Shown here: positions 16,570 to 26,500 of the stretch, in pieces
Position numbering within the stretch: position 1 is the first letter of the stretch
How the letters are laid out: each line of letters opens with the position of its first letter
Virus record (IMG/VR): IMGVR_UViG_3300035523_000151
Location: 1-62,152 of that record
Length of the DNA stretch: 62,152 nt
Origin: a virus
Lineage: Duplodnaviria > Caudoviricetes
Strand: one strand, 5' to 3'
Position numbers and translations under genes: made by a program
The notes under the pieces: model-generated
Database searches by the model: none
What the model was told of the DNA's origin: nothing
Seen by the model: only the letters and a program-made list of their open reading frames with translations

Positions 16570-18139
16570 TGCTTTCAGCGAACGTGTACCGCCGCAAGAT
16601 TTGGCGGCAGAGCAATCTGTCCTGGGTGCCTGCCTGATCGACAAGGATGCACTGCCCAAGGTCCGGCCCGTCCTGCGCCTTGATGACTTCTACGCTGCCC
16701 GGCACGGCGAAGTATGGGCAGCTATTTGCAAAGCGGCCGACGCTGGCCCTGTTGATTTGATCACGGTTCAACGCCACCTGCCTCGATTGGCCGGCAGCGA
16801 CGAATGGTTAACGCCACTAACTAACCTGGTCAACCTGGTGCCTTCCACCGTCAACGTCGAAAGCTACGCTGCCAGTGTGGCTAATACTGCGAAGTTGCGG
16901 CGCATCCAGACCCAGGCCCGGGCCGTGGTGGACGCCTGCTACGCAGCAGACGACCCGGCGCAGGTGCTGGGCGATCTGCAACAAGCCATCGACCAGGAAG
17001 CTCGAGGCGCCACGCGGATGCGGCTCAAGTCGATTGCCGGTGAGATTGGGCCTTACGCTAAACAACGATTCCAAAACCGGAAGTTGCCGAACTCCGATTG
17101 GATTCCTTCTAGGTTTGCAGAACTGCGTAGTAAGTGCCCATATCTCCGGCGTGAGTTCACGATTGTGGCAACGCCGTCTGGTGAAGGCAAGACAACCCTG
17201 GCGGTGGCCGAAGCTGACTTCTTGGCACAACTGGGTTATCAGGTTGCCTTTTTCGAACTTGAAATGGCGAAGGCGCAGGTGTTTGATAAACAGATTGCCT
17301 TGAACGCCCGGCTACCCCTTAAAGACATCCGCATGGGCCTACTGACTGACATGCAGTGGGTTGTCTATAACGAGATTGGTCAAAGGCTCAATGCCCTGAC
17401 CAACCTTCACTTAAACAGCGAGACCACTGAGACCATGAGTAACATTCGCTGGCAGTGTTTGCGGATGAAGGCCGAAGGCGGTCTGGACATGGTTGTGATC
17501 GATTTTATCGAGCGTGTAGCTGAGAACCGCGAAAAGGATGAGCGGTATGATCAACTTCTCGCTCGGCTCGCCGGCATCGCTCAGAGCATCGCCCGTGAAT
17601 GCGACTGTCACGTCATGGTTTTGGCGCAGGTTGATGTGAAAGTGATGGAGCGAGCAAATCCAGTTCCAGGCAAGGCTGATTTGGCCAACTCAAAGACAAA
17701 TTTGAGCGCCTGGCCCGATAACATCATCACCGGTTTGCAGCCGAGCCACGCTCGGGGTGACGGCAAAACAAAGCCCAAGATCTGGGGTATTGAGTGTGCT
17801 GATAAGCGCTGGCACAACGTTCTGCTGTTGAGTATTGCAAAGGGCCGATTCTCAGAGCCGAACGCGATGGTTCTGCTGTATGCCGAGATGTCCACTGGAT
17901 TTATCGGCAGTCTGCAACGTCCGTGGCCATGGCAAGCAAAGTGCCTTCTGCCGGGCGATAAGGGGAAGGACAAGAAGAACTGTCCGACGGAGCAGAAAGA
18001 TTGCCCGCAAGGCTCCACGTGCCCGGTGTTTCAAATGGGCAAATGGGACAAAGAGGCCGACGATCAGCACCTAGAACTCATGAAAGCGTTCCGGGAATTG
18101 GCGGTGCGGCCTCAGTCTCAGGCCGTCGATGGTTTCTAA
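16553..18139 (+). CDS. dnaB: Replicative DnaB-like helicase with a C-terminal Cys4 extension
   Basis: PPQDLAAEQSVLGACL and DFY N-domain; Walker A ATPSGEGKT; FFELEM; VVIDFI; VLAQ; IAKGR. Confidence 0.9.
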   Translation: MPQKNDAFSERVPPQDLAAEQSVLGACLIDKDALPKVRPVLRLDDFYAARHGEVWAAICKAADAGPVDLITVQRHLPRLAGSDEWLTPLTNLVNLVPSTVNVESYAASVANTAKLRRIQTQARAVVDACYAADDPAQVLGDLQQAIDQEARGATRMRLKSIAGEIGPYAKQRFQNRKLPNSDWIPSRFAELRSKCPYLRREFTIVATPSGEGKTTLAVAEADFLAQLGYQVAFFELEMAKAQVFDKQIALNARLPLKDIRMGLLTDMQWVVYNEIGQRLNALTNLHLNSETTETMSNIRWQCLRMKAEGGLDMVVIDFIERVAENREKDERYDQLLARLAGIAQSIARECDCHVMVLAQVDVKVMERANPVPGKADLANSKTNLSAWPDNIITGLQPSHARGDGKTKPKIWGIECADKRWHNVLLLSIAKGRFSEPNAMVLLYAEMSTGFIGSLQRPWPWQAKCLLPGDKGKDKKNCPTEQKDCPQGSTCPVFQMGKWDKEADDQHLELMKAFRELAVRPQSQAVDGF

Positions 18140-18155
18140 GGGAGGTGAATCGTCC

Positions 18156-18890
18156 GTGATCTACCACGCCGACCAGATCCAACTGTGGCCTCGGCTCCTA
18201 GAGGCCGCCAAAATCGACGCCGTACTGCTGGCCGCTCTGCAGGATCTGATGCAGCGGGGCGCCGGCCTGGCGCTGAACGAGTCCGGCGGGTTGCAGCTGA
18301 GCTACGGCACGATGCCGGAGGCCGACTACCTCGTCATCCGCAGCGAAAAACTTGCTCCGCGGGGCCCTAAAATGAGCACCGTCCTGAACACTGCCCGCAC
18401 CCGCCCGCATCCCTGGTCGCAGAGCGTCCGGGACGCCTACACCGGCCTCGACAAACGGACCGCCGAGGGCGATCGGGCACTGCAGGAAGCCATCACCCAC
18501 AAGGCCGCTGCCGACGTGCTCCTGCGCATGACCACCCGCCTGGTAGACCGCCACCTGCAGGCCATGAGCCTCGCCAGGGCGCTGCTGGATTCTGGGTATG
18601 GGGCGTACGAGGTCCACGCCAGCAAACATTTGGCCGCGTTTCAGGACCTGTCGAAGGCCCTGGAGCGGTCTGGGCGCCCCTTCGACGGCGCTGGGCGGTA
18701 CTGGCCGGTCCAGACCCCGGACGGCTGGCTCTGGGTGACGGACACGCCGGATGCGGTCCCGCAGCCCATCGACCTCGGCGGCGAGGTGGGGGTCCGGACG
18801 CCAACACCAGAGGAGCCGGCGGTCACGGATTGGGACCTGGGCCGGGCGCTGGCGGCGATCGAGAGGCTGAATCAACGGGAGGCGGGGTAA
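18156..18890 (+). CDS. Hypothetical protein
   Basis: GGGAGGTG RBS before GTG. Confidence 0.65.
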   Translation: MIYHADQIQLWPRLLEAAKIDAVLLAALQDLMQRGAGLALNESGGLQLSYGTMPEADYLVIRSEKLAPRGPKMSTVLNTARTRPHPWSQSVRDAYTGLDKRTAEGDRALQEAITHKAAADVLLRMTTRLVDRHLQAMSLARALLDSGYGAYEVHASKHLAAFQDLSKALERSGRPFDGAGRYWPVQTPDGWLWVTDTPDAVPQPIDLGGEVGVRTPTPEEPAVTDWDLGRALAAIERLNQREAG

Positions 18891-20390
18891 TTGGCAGCAC
18901 CGATGCACCACCAGGTAAGTCTTTTTGACGAGTCGGCGCCGCCCCGCCCCAAAGTGGTCAAGAAACCCGCCACCAAACCCCGCAAGCCGTCCCGCGGCGA
19001 GTTCGAACCCATCGCTCCGCCAAACCTCGCCCAGGAGTCCGCCCTGTGGCTCACCGGTCAACGATCCATCGAGGCCCAGCGTGGCAAACGGTACGTCCCT
19101 GCTTCGGTCAAACACCCCGGCAAGATGCAGCCCGACGTGTGCGGGGCCATCATCGATACCTACACCGAACCCGGTTGGCACATCGTTGATGCCATGGGCG
19201 GCATCGGTACCACCGGGGTTGAGGGCGCCGAGCGGGGCCGCCATGTGACCTGCGTAGAGCTGGTGCGGCACTGGGCGAACGTCGCCTATGCCAACAGCGT
19301 TCGGACGGCGTACCGGGGTGCACCGGGCACCATGCGGGTCATTCACGGTGACGCCCGGCGACTGCCGGAGTTGCTGGCAGGGCTGATGGATGCGGCTGTG
19401 TTTTCACCGCCGTACGGGGAGGCGCTGGAGCAGCGCACCGGGAGGATGGAGGGGCGAGCAGAGAGGTTGCGGCAAGCGATTCAGGACGGCGGCCAACTGC
19501 GTGGCAACTGGCACTTTGGCGCCGGACAGCGAGCGATGATGGCCCCTCAGTACGATGCCGCCGTGATGTCCCCGCCCTTCGGCCCGACGCAGACCGGTCG
19601 GGGTATGGCGCTCACCGGCATCAACGGCGACGGCCGCCCGCCGGTTGAACGGGGCATCGGCGCTACATATGACGTAGCCGTGTTCTCTCCGCCCTACGGC
19701 CCTGCGGATACCGCGGGCGAGGACCTGACCCGCCGGACGAGTGCAGCGGTGGTGGACGAGAAGGGCCTCGGGTACCGCTGGAAGGGGTTCGGGCAACGGC
19801 ATTACGCTTCCACCAACCATGACGGTCCACAAGTCGACGCCGTAATCACCAGCCCCGCTTACGGCGACATTCGCCAGGACGGCGGCGACCACCAATTCGG
19901 CGAAGGCTCCGCGATGACGAACTACACTGGCGAAGCCCGGGTCAAGAAGGGCGCCCGCGACCGCACCAACGTCGGCAACCTCAAGTACGGCAGCATGGAC
20001 AAGGCCCTGATCATCGCTGCCCGGCTCACGGCAGGGGAGGCCATCCCCGAAGCCGAGTGGCCGGACATGCAGTACCTGGAGACGATGGTCCTCATCTACC
20101 GGGGCTGCTGGCAGGTGGTGCGGCAGGGCGGTCTCTGCATCCTGGTGCTGAAAGATTACAGGAGAGACAAACGCCGGGTCAACCTGGTGGGCGACACCAT
20201 CCGGCTCATGGAGGCTGTTGGCTGGCTGCTGCACGATCGGGCGCTGGCGCTCACCAGCAAAATCGACAACGGCCAGGTCATCAGCAAGGTGTCCCCGTTC
20301 GTCCGACTCAACGCTCGCAAGCCCGAGAAGAACGGCGGCAAAGTCCTCCTGCCCTGTGGCGAAGACATCCTCGTGTTCCGGAAGGAGTGA
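18891..20390 (+). CDS. Amino-type (N4-C/N6-A) DNA methyltransferase with four repeated SPPY-like motifs
   Basis: HPGKM, VDAMGGIGTT (motif I), GDAR; DAAVFSPPY / DAAVMSPPF / DVAVFSPPY / DAVITSPAY; C-terminal EDILVFRK. Confidence 0.8.
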   Translation: MAAPMHHQVSLFDESAPPRPKVVKKPATKPRKPSRGEFEPIAPPNLAQESALWLTGQRSIEAQRGKRYVPASVKHPGKMQPDVCGAIIDTYTEPGWHIVDAMGGIGTTGVEGAERGRHVTCVELVRHWANVAYANSVRTAYRGAPGTMRVIHGDARRLPELLAGLMDAAVFSPPYGEALEQRTGRMEGRAERLRQAIQDGGQLRGNWHFGAGQRAMMAPQYDAAVMSPPFGPTQTGRGMALTGINGDGRPPVERGIGATYDVAVFSPPYGPADTAGEDLTRRTSAAVVDEKGLGYRWKGFGQRHYASTNHDGPQVDAVITSPAYGDIRQDGGDHQFGEGSAMTNYTGEARVKKGARDRTNVGNLKYGSMDKALIIAARLTAGEAIPEAEWPDMQYLETMVLIYRGCWQVVRQGGLCILVLKDYRRDKRRVNLVGDTIRLMEAVGWLLHDRALALTSKIDNGQVISKVSPFVRLNARKPEKNGGKVLLPCGEDILVFRKE

Positions 20391-20396
20391 AACCCC

Positions 20397-20864
20397 ATGC
20401 CCCACAGCCCGCGCCGCATTCCCGAGTCCCAGATCATCGCCCTGCTCCGCGAGGGCAAAAGCGCCGGCGACACCGCCGCCATCACCGGCGCCCCGCTGTC
20501 CCGGGTGACCCAACTCCAGGCATCGGCCAATCTGGTGTCGCCGGCGTTCGTCCCCCGGCGCGAACCGCCGGTACTCGACCGGCCCATCATCGGCCCGCCG
20601 ACGCACTGGCAGGGCGAGCAGACCGCCGCCGCTCCCAGCGGGCGCACCGCCGCCTACTGGGCCGCTCTGGCGACACCACCTGAGCCCCTGCCGCTGCCGA
20701 AGCCGGTGGCGGTCCCTGAACCGGTCTCTGCGCCCCGAATGGTCCGCATGGTGCCCGACGACCGGCGGGACGAGCACATCGATTTCAACCGCCTGATGGC
20801 CCAAACGGAAGCCGGAATCCACGCCGAAGGCCGCCGGGCGCGTGAGGGGAGGGGTGCGGCATGA
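20397..20864 (+). CDS. Hypothetical protein with an N-terminal HTH-like segment, Pro-rich
   Basis: QIIALLREGKSAGDTAAITGAPLSRV. Confidence 0.55.
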   Translation: MPHSPRRIPESQIIALLREGKSAGDTAAITGAPLSRVTQLQASANLVSPAFVPRREPPVLDRPIIGPPTHWQGEQTAAAPSGRTAAYWAALATPPEPLPLPKPVAVPEPVSAPRMVRMVPDDRRDEHIDFNRLMAQTEAGIHAEGRRAREGRGAA

Positions 20865-21283
20865 CCACCATCACCGAAGACCTTCGGCAGGTGCAGCGCC
20901 TGGTGTCCGAAGCCTACGAACTGATCCACCCGGTACAGGGTGCAATCATCGGCGAGGCGGTGGACCGGCTGGCACGGGCGCAAGGCGAACTGAGCCGGCT
21001 GGCACAGCAGACCGAGTCAGAAGTCGATGATAAAACCGGCACTCCCCGCTACTCCCCGATTCAGCGGCAGATGCTGCTGGAGGCTCTCGCCGACCTGGAA
21101 TGCCTGACCATGCCGCAACGGGCAGCCGTGGTGGGCGGCATGCTCGGCATGGTGGTCGGGGCCGCGATCGAGCACAAGCACATTCCGACGAGCGGGGCGC
21201 TCTTTTGGGCGCTGGACTTCATGCGGAAGCAGATTAAGGCGGCAAGAGCCAACCCGGATTTGAAAGCTGGTGTTCCTTCATGA
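20861..21283 (+). CDS. Hypothetical protein
   Basis: ATGA overlaps at both ends. Confidence 0.6.
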   Translation: MTTITEDLRQVQRLVSEAYELIHPVQGAIIGEAVDRLARAQGELSRLAQQTESEVDDKTGTPRYSPIQRQMLLEALADLECLTMPQRAAVVGGMLGMVVGAAIEHKHIPTSGALFWALDFMRKQIKAARANPDLKAGVPS

Positions 21284-21573
21284 CCGACCCCAAAACCCCG
21301 TCCGCAATTCCGCAGAACCTGACGTCCCGGCCCGGATTCAACATGGAAGCCCTGCAGCACGAGACCGAACTGCACCTCGCCCTGGCCGCCCGCCACCATG
21401 CACAGATGGTCGAGGCCAAGAACATCGGCCAGCCCTGGGAATTCCACGCTGCCCAGACCCAGATTCAGCAGGCCGCTGCCCTCCTTTGCCAGCAGCAGGA
21501 GCAGACGGCCGTCCTGGTGACGCTACTACTGCGGGGGGACGTGCCTGAGAAGCCGGCGGCGATGCCGTCGTGA
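21280..21573 (+). CDS. Hypothetical protein
   Basis: Translationally coupled overlaps. Confidence 0.55.
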   Translation: MTDPKTPSAIPQNLTSRPGFNMEALQHETELHLALAARHHAQMVEAKNIGQPWEFHAAQTQIQQAAALLCQQQEQTAVLVTLLLRGDVPEKPAAMPS

Positions 21574-22106
21574 CCAACCGCATCATGGGCATCGACGCCG
21601 GATTCAACGGCATGGGCGTGTTGGTGGTAGAGGGCCGCACGGTCCTGTTTGCCGGGTCCAGCTTGACCCAGGCGGCGGCCAAGAAGCGCAAGGTCCGGGT
21701 CGCCGACGATGACACCGCCCGCTGCCAGGACCACGCCCGTTACCTGCAGGGCGTGATTGCACAGTATGACCCTGTCGGCATCATTTGCGAGATGCCGAGC
21801 GGCGGCGCCCAGAGCAGTCGGGCCGCCCGAACGATGGGCATGGCCACCGCCATCGTGGCGGCCGTGGCAGAACTGGACAGCCTGCCCTTGGAGGTCACGA
21901 CGCCCATGGAGGGCAAAAAGGCCGCTACCCGGTGCCGGGACGCTACGAAGCAGCAAGTCGAGTTGGGTGTTCGTGACGCCTTCGACTGGGGTAGCTGGAT
22001 GCCGAAGATCGCCGCTGAACGGGAACATGTCTGCGACGCTGCAGCGGCCATCCTGGCGGCAGAGGGTGGCGTGCTGATCCGGACGCTTGGGCGCCTCGGC
22101 GCCTGA
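21570..22106 (+). CDS. ruvC: RuvC-like Holliday junction resolvase
   Basis: IMGIDAG, ICEMP, TPMEGKKA...ATKQQV, EHVCDAAA acidic catalytic set. Confidence 0.8.
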   Translation: MTNRIMGIDAGFNGMGVLVVEGRTVLFAGSSLTQAAAKKRKVRVADDDTARCQDHARYLQGVIAQYDPVGIICEMPSGGAQSSRAARTMGMATAIVAAVAELDSLPLEVTTPMEGKKAATRCRDATKQQVELGVRDAFDWGSWMPKIAAEREHVCDAAAAILAAEGGVLIRTLGRLGA

Positions 22107-22176
22107 CCTTAAGGAAGCGCGAATTTCAGTTACCAAAAATTGGTTCCACGTAGAACCCGAAAGGAGCCTGAACCCC

Positions 22177-23061
22177 ATGCCTGATCATGAAAACGATCGC
22201 CCCCGCCGCATCTGGGAAGACGGCATTGACATGGCTTACGCCTTGATCGAGCGCCACCCCGAGCTGCTCGCCGACTGCCCGTCTCCTTCTGACATCCTGT
22301 TCGTCCTGGACACCGTCAGCGAGCCGTCCACCAAGGGCCGCCCGACCCCCGCCAAGGTCAGCAAGATCAGCGGCAAGCTCACCGACTTCCTGGAAGCCGG
22401 CGAAAAGACCTGGATGATCGAGTGGTTCACACAGAACAACGGTTGGATGACCCGGAACCAGTGCTACATCCTGTTGCTGCAGCAATTACTCCTGTTCGAA
22501 GCCGTTGGCGACAGCGGCGACTGCCGCATCGGCGGCTGGGACATCCAGGAGTTGGAGGTCATCGCGGACCGGGTCGGGCTCAAATGGTCCAGCGACAAGC
22601 ACGGTGAACCCCCCGATATCATGGCTCCCGGTTTCGAGTGGGGGCGCGTGGGGCAAAGCCGGATCAAGTTTATTCAGGCCCGGACCGAAGAGCGGCGGCA
22701 GCGGGCGGCGGCTCTGGGCGGCGCTGCGAAGCCAAAGGCAGAGCAACTCACACTAGAGCAGGCGATCGACGTGCAGCGCGAACGAATCTCCCGAGCCCTC
22801 GACGAACTCTACGCCCCACCTCAGGCCGGCGGCATCTACCTGAAGCCCACCGAAAGGGCCACGCTGCACGTCGGTGGCGACGGCCCGCCGGCCCTAACCA
22901 TCGAGGGCCCTGACGGCAAGCGTGAAATCCCGGCTGTAACCGTTCCTGCCCAGCCCGACGACTGGCAGCCCACTACGCCTTACGTGAAGCCTGACAACGT
23001 CGTTCAGTTCCCCGGTAGCCGGCCCGAGACCGCGACCGGCACAAACGGCAACGCCGGATAA
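22177..23061 (+). CDS. Phage metallopeptidase-like fold protein, apparently lacking HExxH
   Basis: Overall pattern resembles putative phage metallopeptidases (HPEL...KVSK...W.IE...Q...LL, DIQE); the expected HELxH reads QQLLL. Confidence 0.45.
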   Translation: MPDHENDRPRRIWEDGIDMAYALIERHPELLADCPSPSDILFVLDTVSEPSTKGRPTPAKVSKISGKLTDFLEAGEKTWMIEWFTQNNGWMTRNQCYILLLQQLLLFEAVGDSGDCRIGGWDIQELEVIADRVGLKWSSDKHGEPPDIMAPGFEWGRVGQSRIKFIQARTEERRQRAAALGGAAKPKAEQLTLEQAIDVQRERISRALDELYAPPQAGGIYLKPTERATLHVGGDGPPALTIEGPDGKREIPAVTVPAQPDDWQPTTPYVKPDNVVQFPGSRPETATGTNGNAG

Positions 23062-23069
23062 GGAGGGCG

Positions 23070-23462
23070 ATGACCATGACCGAGGGTATCGACATGGCGC
23101 AGATCGAAGCCGCCCGAACCATCCTGGCGAATCAGGCGCAGGCGGCGGTCAAGACCGTCCATAAGCTGCGCATCGACCAGGCGCTCACCGCCTTGCGGCT
23201 CCTGGATACGTACCCTGGCCGGCCGCCGTTGCCGGATGCGGTCCTGACAGAGATGGTCCGGGACGGCGGCCGGGACACCTGGATTGCCGAACTGCTGGGC
23301 ATCGACCGCCTGACCGTCCGGCGGTACCGCAACATGCTGCAGTTGGAAGCCAGTGCGCCCCGCGGTGGCAGTAACCGGGTAAGCCGGGCTGCCCGGAGCG
23401 TCTGGCTGGACCGGTGGAAGCCCCGGTTAGAGCAGGGCGGTTATCTGAAAGCGACCGCGTAG
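23070..23462 (+). CDS. HTH-containing protein
   Basis: RDTWIAELLGIDRLTVRRYRNML. Confidence 0.6.
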   Translation: MTMTEGIDMAQIEAARTILANQAQAAVKTVHKLRIDQALTALRLLDTYPGRPPLPDAVLTEMVRDGGRDTWIAELLGIDRLTVRRYRNMLQLEASAPRGGSNRVSRAARSVWLDRWKPRLEQGGYLKATA

Positions 23463-23470
23463 GAAGGCGG

Positions 23471-24661
23471 GTGAATCAGGTGGGCGTTCAACCGTTTGGT
23501 CAGCGCGGCGAACCGTTCGGCCCGATGCGGGTACTGCGGTTCATCCAGGACTTCCAGGGCCGCACCGGTCAGTGGCCGACGCTGGCGGAGTTGATCGAAG
23601 TCACCGGCCGCGATCATGACGAGGTGTTTGGCCGGCTGAATAACCTCACCGGCCGGAAATGGCTGGTGAAGGTCGACGGCGGCCGGTTCTGCCCCACGGA
23701 GATCGCCCCGGAATTCAAGCCGTACACCTCGGAGCAGTGGACGCCGGAGCAGATTGCCGCCCGCCTGAAATCCCTCGAACGCCCGAAGTACAACCCTTGG
23801 ACTGCATCTGATCTGCCGCAGTCCGAACCCACCATCCCCTGCACCGCGGCCCCGGAAATCATCCACCCACCGGCGCCGCCGCCCACGGTCATCACGGTGG
23901 CGCCGGACCCCGCGCCCGTCAACCTGCCTGCCCAAGAGGAGGTGCATGAACCGATGCCTGTAGCGAAATATGTGTGGCCGTCCGATCCCGAGTTGGTCAA
24001 GATGGCCGATGAAATCCAGGCCCGTAACGGCAAACTCGGCGCTGAGATGGCCGCCCTGCTGAATGTCCCTGAGAAGCGCATTTCCGGCCGCCTGGCGACT
24101 GCCCGGCTGAACGTCCGGCAGGGCATCGCCCGGCCCGTCAAGGGCCACTCCGCTGCGATCGCCCAGGCCGCTTCCGGCTCCCAGGCCCTGCCGCCCGTGG
24201 TCATTCCGGCGCCCGCTCCGGCCCCTGCGGTGCAGCCCGATGCGAAAAAGCCTGCCTGGGATTGTGCGTTTTGCGGCGATACCGGGTACGCTGGCGCTCC
24301 CGAAGACGGCGTCTTCTGCCTGTGCGACGCCGGTAGCCGGGAAAACAGGCAGTATTACGCTGCCATGCACACCGAATCGCCGCAGTCCGCTTCGTCCGCG
24401 CCAATCGCCACGGCGCCCCAGCCCGCGCGCGTGGCCGAGCCCCTGCCCACGCAACCCACCGGGCAGGGCGATTGCACCCCCGTAACCTCGGACGGCTCAA
24501 ACGGCCCCGTAGCCCCAGTAACGGCCACTGTCGAATCCGGCGCCCTGGTGCTCCACCTGAAGGATTCCGTCGTGACGGTGCGGGTTGTCAACGGTGGAAC
24601 GCATGTGGAACTGAGCGCCGTGGTCCCCCTGGCGATGTTGCTGGAAGGGCGGGTGGCGTGA
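23471..24661 (+). CDS. Multidomain protein with an N-terminal LexA-like wHTH and a Zn-binding segment
   Basis: VLRFIQDFQGRTGQWPTLAEL...LNNLTGRKWL; CAFC...CLC. Confidence 0.55.
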   Translation: MNQVGVQPFGQRGEPFGPMRVLRFIQDFQGRTGQWPTLAELIEVTGRDHDEVFGRLNNLTGRKWLVKVDGGRFCPTEIAPEFKPYTSEQWTPEQIAARLKSLERPKYNPWTASDLPQSEPTIPCTAAPEIIHPPAPPPTVITVAPDPAPVNLPAQEEVHEPMPVAKYVWPSDPELVKMADEIQARNGKLGAEMAALLNVPEKRISGRLATARLNVRQGIARPVKGHSAAIAQAASGSQALPPVVIPAPAPAPAVQPDAKKPAWDCAFCGDTGYAGAPEDGVFCLCDAGSRENRQYYAAMHTESPQSASSAPIATAPQPARVAEPLPTQPTGQGDCTPVTSDGSNGPVAPVTATVESGALVLHLKDSVVTVRVVNGGTHVELSAVVPLAMLLEGRVA

Positions 24662-24831
24662 TGCTCCACTGTGTTTACTGCAACGCCGACGTGCCTGACA
24701 CGGGCACCGTCGCCCTGGTCTGCGATGACTGCACAACCCGCATCCAGGTGGCGAACCTCAAACACGCCATCCGCATCTGCCCGCCGGGCTATCAGGTCGT
24801 GCCGGTCCCGGCGAACCAGGAACAGAACTAA
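24661..24831 (+). CDS. Small Zn-finger protein
   Basis: MLHCVYC...CDDC; TGATG overlap. Confidence 0.55.
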   Translation: MLHCVYCNADVPDTGTVALVCDDCTTRIQVANLKHAIRICPPGYQVVPVPANQEQN

Positions 24832-24854
24832 CCACCCCAAGGAGGCCCGCCGCC

Positions 24855-25361
24855 ATGGCTCTCGCCCTGCCCTGGACATTCTGCCCGCTGGAGGTGCCAG
24901 TGATGGACATCCGGACCTGCAGTCGCCACAAGATTTCCATGGTGGAGGTGCCCGGTACCGCCGGTTACTGCTACCGGTGCCCGGTGCCGGGCTGCGACCA
25001 GAGCATCGACCTGCCGCCCTCGGGCGGCGGTGGGCAGCCCCCGCGGCAAGCGTGCGTGAAGCCAGAGCCGATGCCAGAGGACAACGAACTGATTGAGCGG
25101 GCATTCGGCTATCAAGCCGGGCACGTGGTCGATGAAGCGCGGTGGAAGCAGCACGTCGCCCGGGTGCAGGAGCAACTGAACGCCATGCCCGGCATCCCAC
25201 GGGTGCCGCAGTCCAACAGCCGGATTGACTACAGCCTGATGAATGGCCCGCCTGCTCCGGGGGGCGGGTCGAAGTCCGGGCGGCGGCGGAAGAAGAACCC
25301 CAAGGGCGGGAAGAAATTCATCGGTTCGGGGTACGACGAGGGGGGGACGAACAGCAAATGA
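24855..25361 (+). CDS. Hypothetical protein with a Cys/His cluster
   Basis: AAGGAGG upstream; CSRH...CPVPGC. Confidence 0.55.
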   Translation: MALALPWTFCPLEVPVMDIRTCSRHKISMVEVPGTAGYCYRCPVPGCDQSIDLPPSGGGGQPPRQACVKPEPMPEDNELIERAFGYQAGHVVDEARWKQHVARVQEQLNAMPGIPRVPQSNSRIDYSLMNGPPAPGGGSKSGRRRKKNPKGGKKFIGSGYDEGGTNSK

Positions 25362-25555
25362 GACTGTTAGGAATCGTTCGGGCGTACGTGAGCAGCAGCA
25401 AGCGGCATGCCTTTGAAGACTGCAAATACGCGCCTGCCAGTTGCATGCGGATTGAAGTGAGTGCCGGTGTGATCGACTGCAAGCCGTGCCGGAAACGGTT
25501 GGAACAGGGTGAGCAGCCCACCGAAGGGCATGTGACGGTGGAGGAATCGGCTTGA
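25358..25555 (+). CDS. Small Cys-rich protein
   Basis: H...C...CKPC; overlaps neighbours. Confidence 0.5.
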   Translation: MRLLGIVRAYVSSSKRHAFEDCKYAPASCMRIEVSAGVIDCKPCRKRLEQGEQPTEGHVTVEESA

Positions 25556-25941
25556 CCCCCTGGCAGTGGCCCCTGAAGCGGGTACCAAAGACCCGCGGCT
25601 GCCGGTACCGCATCTGGCTCGCCACGATGCCCCTGCAGCCCCTGCCTGGTGGCCGCCCGGTTGAGATGCGACTGCACCTGAAGCAGTGGGACGGCACGGC
25701 CGCCGAGCCGTACTCCTGGTGTCTCCAGGAAACCAAGTACGCCGCGAAGAACGGCGGCGACGCCATGGACCCCTACAAGCCGTTCCAACTGACTCAGTAC
25801 TCACAGCGGGATTGGCCGGTCTACCTGGCGTCCCGGTCGGCAGAGATTCAAGCGGTGCTGGCGGAGGCCCTGCCACGGCTCATGGCGGCGGCCCCGCCGG
25901 TGCAGGTGATGTTGGCAGTTGAACCAGAGGAGGCGGCATGA
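25552..25941 (+). CDS. Hypothetical protein
   Basis: GGAGG RBS before TTG. Confidence 0.55.
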   Translation: MTPWQWPLKRVPKTRGCRYRIWLATMPLQPLPGGRPVEMRLHLKQWDGTAAEPYSWCLQETKYAAKNGGDAMDPYKPFQLTQYSQRDWPVYLASRSAEIQAVLAEALPRLMAAAPPVQVMLAVEPEEAA

Positions 25942-26495
25942 CAGCTATGTTCAAACGAATCCTGCCCGTGGGCACTCGCTCCCTGCTGTGGGGCGTGCAT
26001 CAATTCATCTGGCACCCCCTGACGGTCTACCGGGCCTGGGTTTCGCTCTACGGACGTCCGACGTGGCGTGAGGTCATCTGCATCATCATCCACGACTGGG
26101 GCTACTGGGGCTGTCCGAACATGGACGGTCCCGAAGGCGAGGAGCACCCCCGGCTGGGAGCCAGGGTTGCCACGTGGCTGTTCGGCCCGGCATACGGCGA
26201 TCTGACCCTTCTGCACAGCAGGCATTTAGCCAAGAAGGACGGCCGGGAACCCAGCCGGCTATGCTGGGCTGACAAGCTCTCACACCTCTACGAACCGCCC
26301 TGGTGGTACCTACTGCGGGCCAGACTCAGCGGTGAACTGCGGGAGTATCGGCAACTGGCGGCTGATGGTGGGTTCATCTCCTTGGCAACATCCGACGCCG
26401 AGTGGTTCGCCTGGATTCAGGATCGATTCCGCAAACTGGCGACGGAACAGCGCGGTGATGCAGTGCCGTACATGCTCAATGGACAGAGGCTCTAA
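25938..26495 (+). CDS. HD-superfamily-like phage protein
   Basis: H...IIHDWGYWG...EEH...LLHSR...CWADK. Confidence 0.55.
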   Translation: MTAMFKRILPVGTRSLLWGVHQFIWHPLTVYRAWVSLYGRPTWREVICIIIHDWGYWGCPNMDGPEGEEHPRLGARVATWLFGPAYGDLTLLHSRHLAKKDGREPSRLCWADKLSHLYEPPWWYLLRARLSGELREYRQLAADGGFISLATSDAEWFAWIQDRFRKLATEQRGDAVPYMLNGQRL

Positions 26496-26500
26496 AGCCC

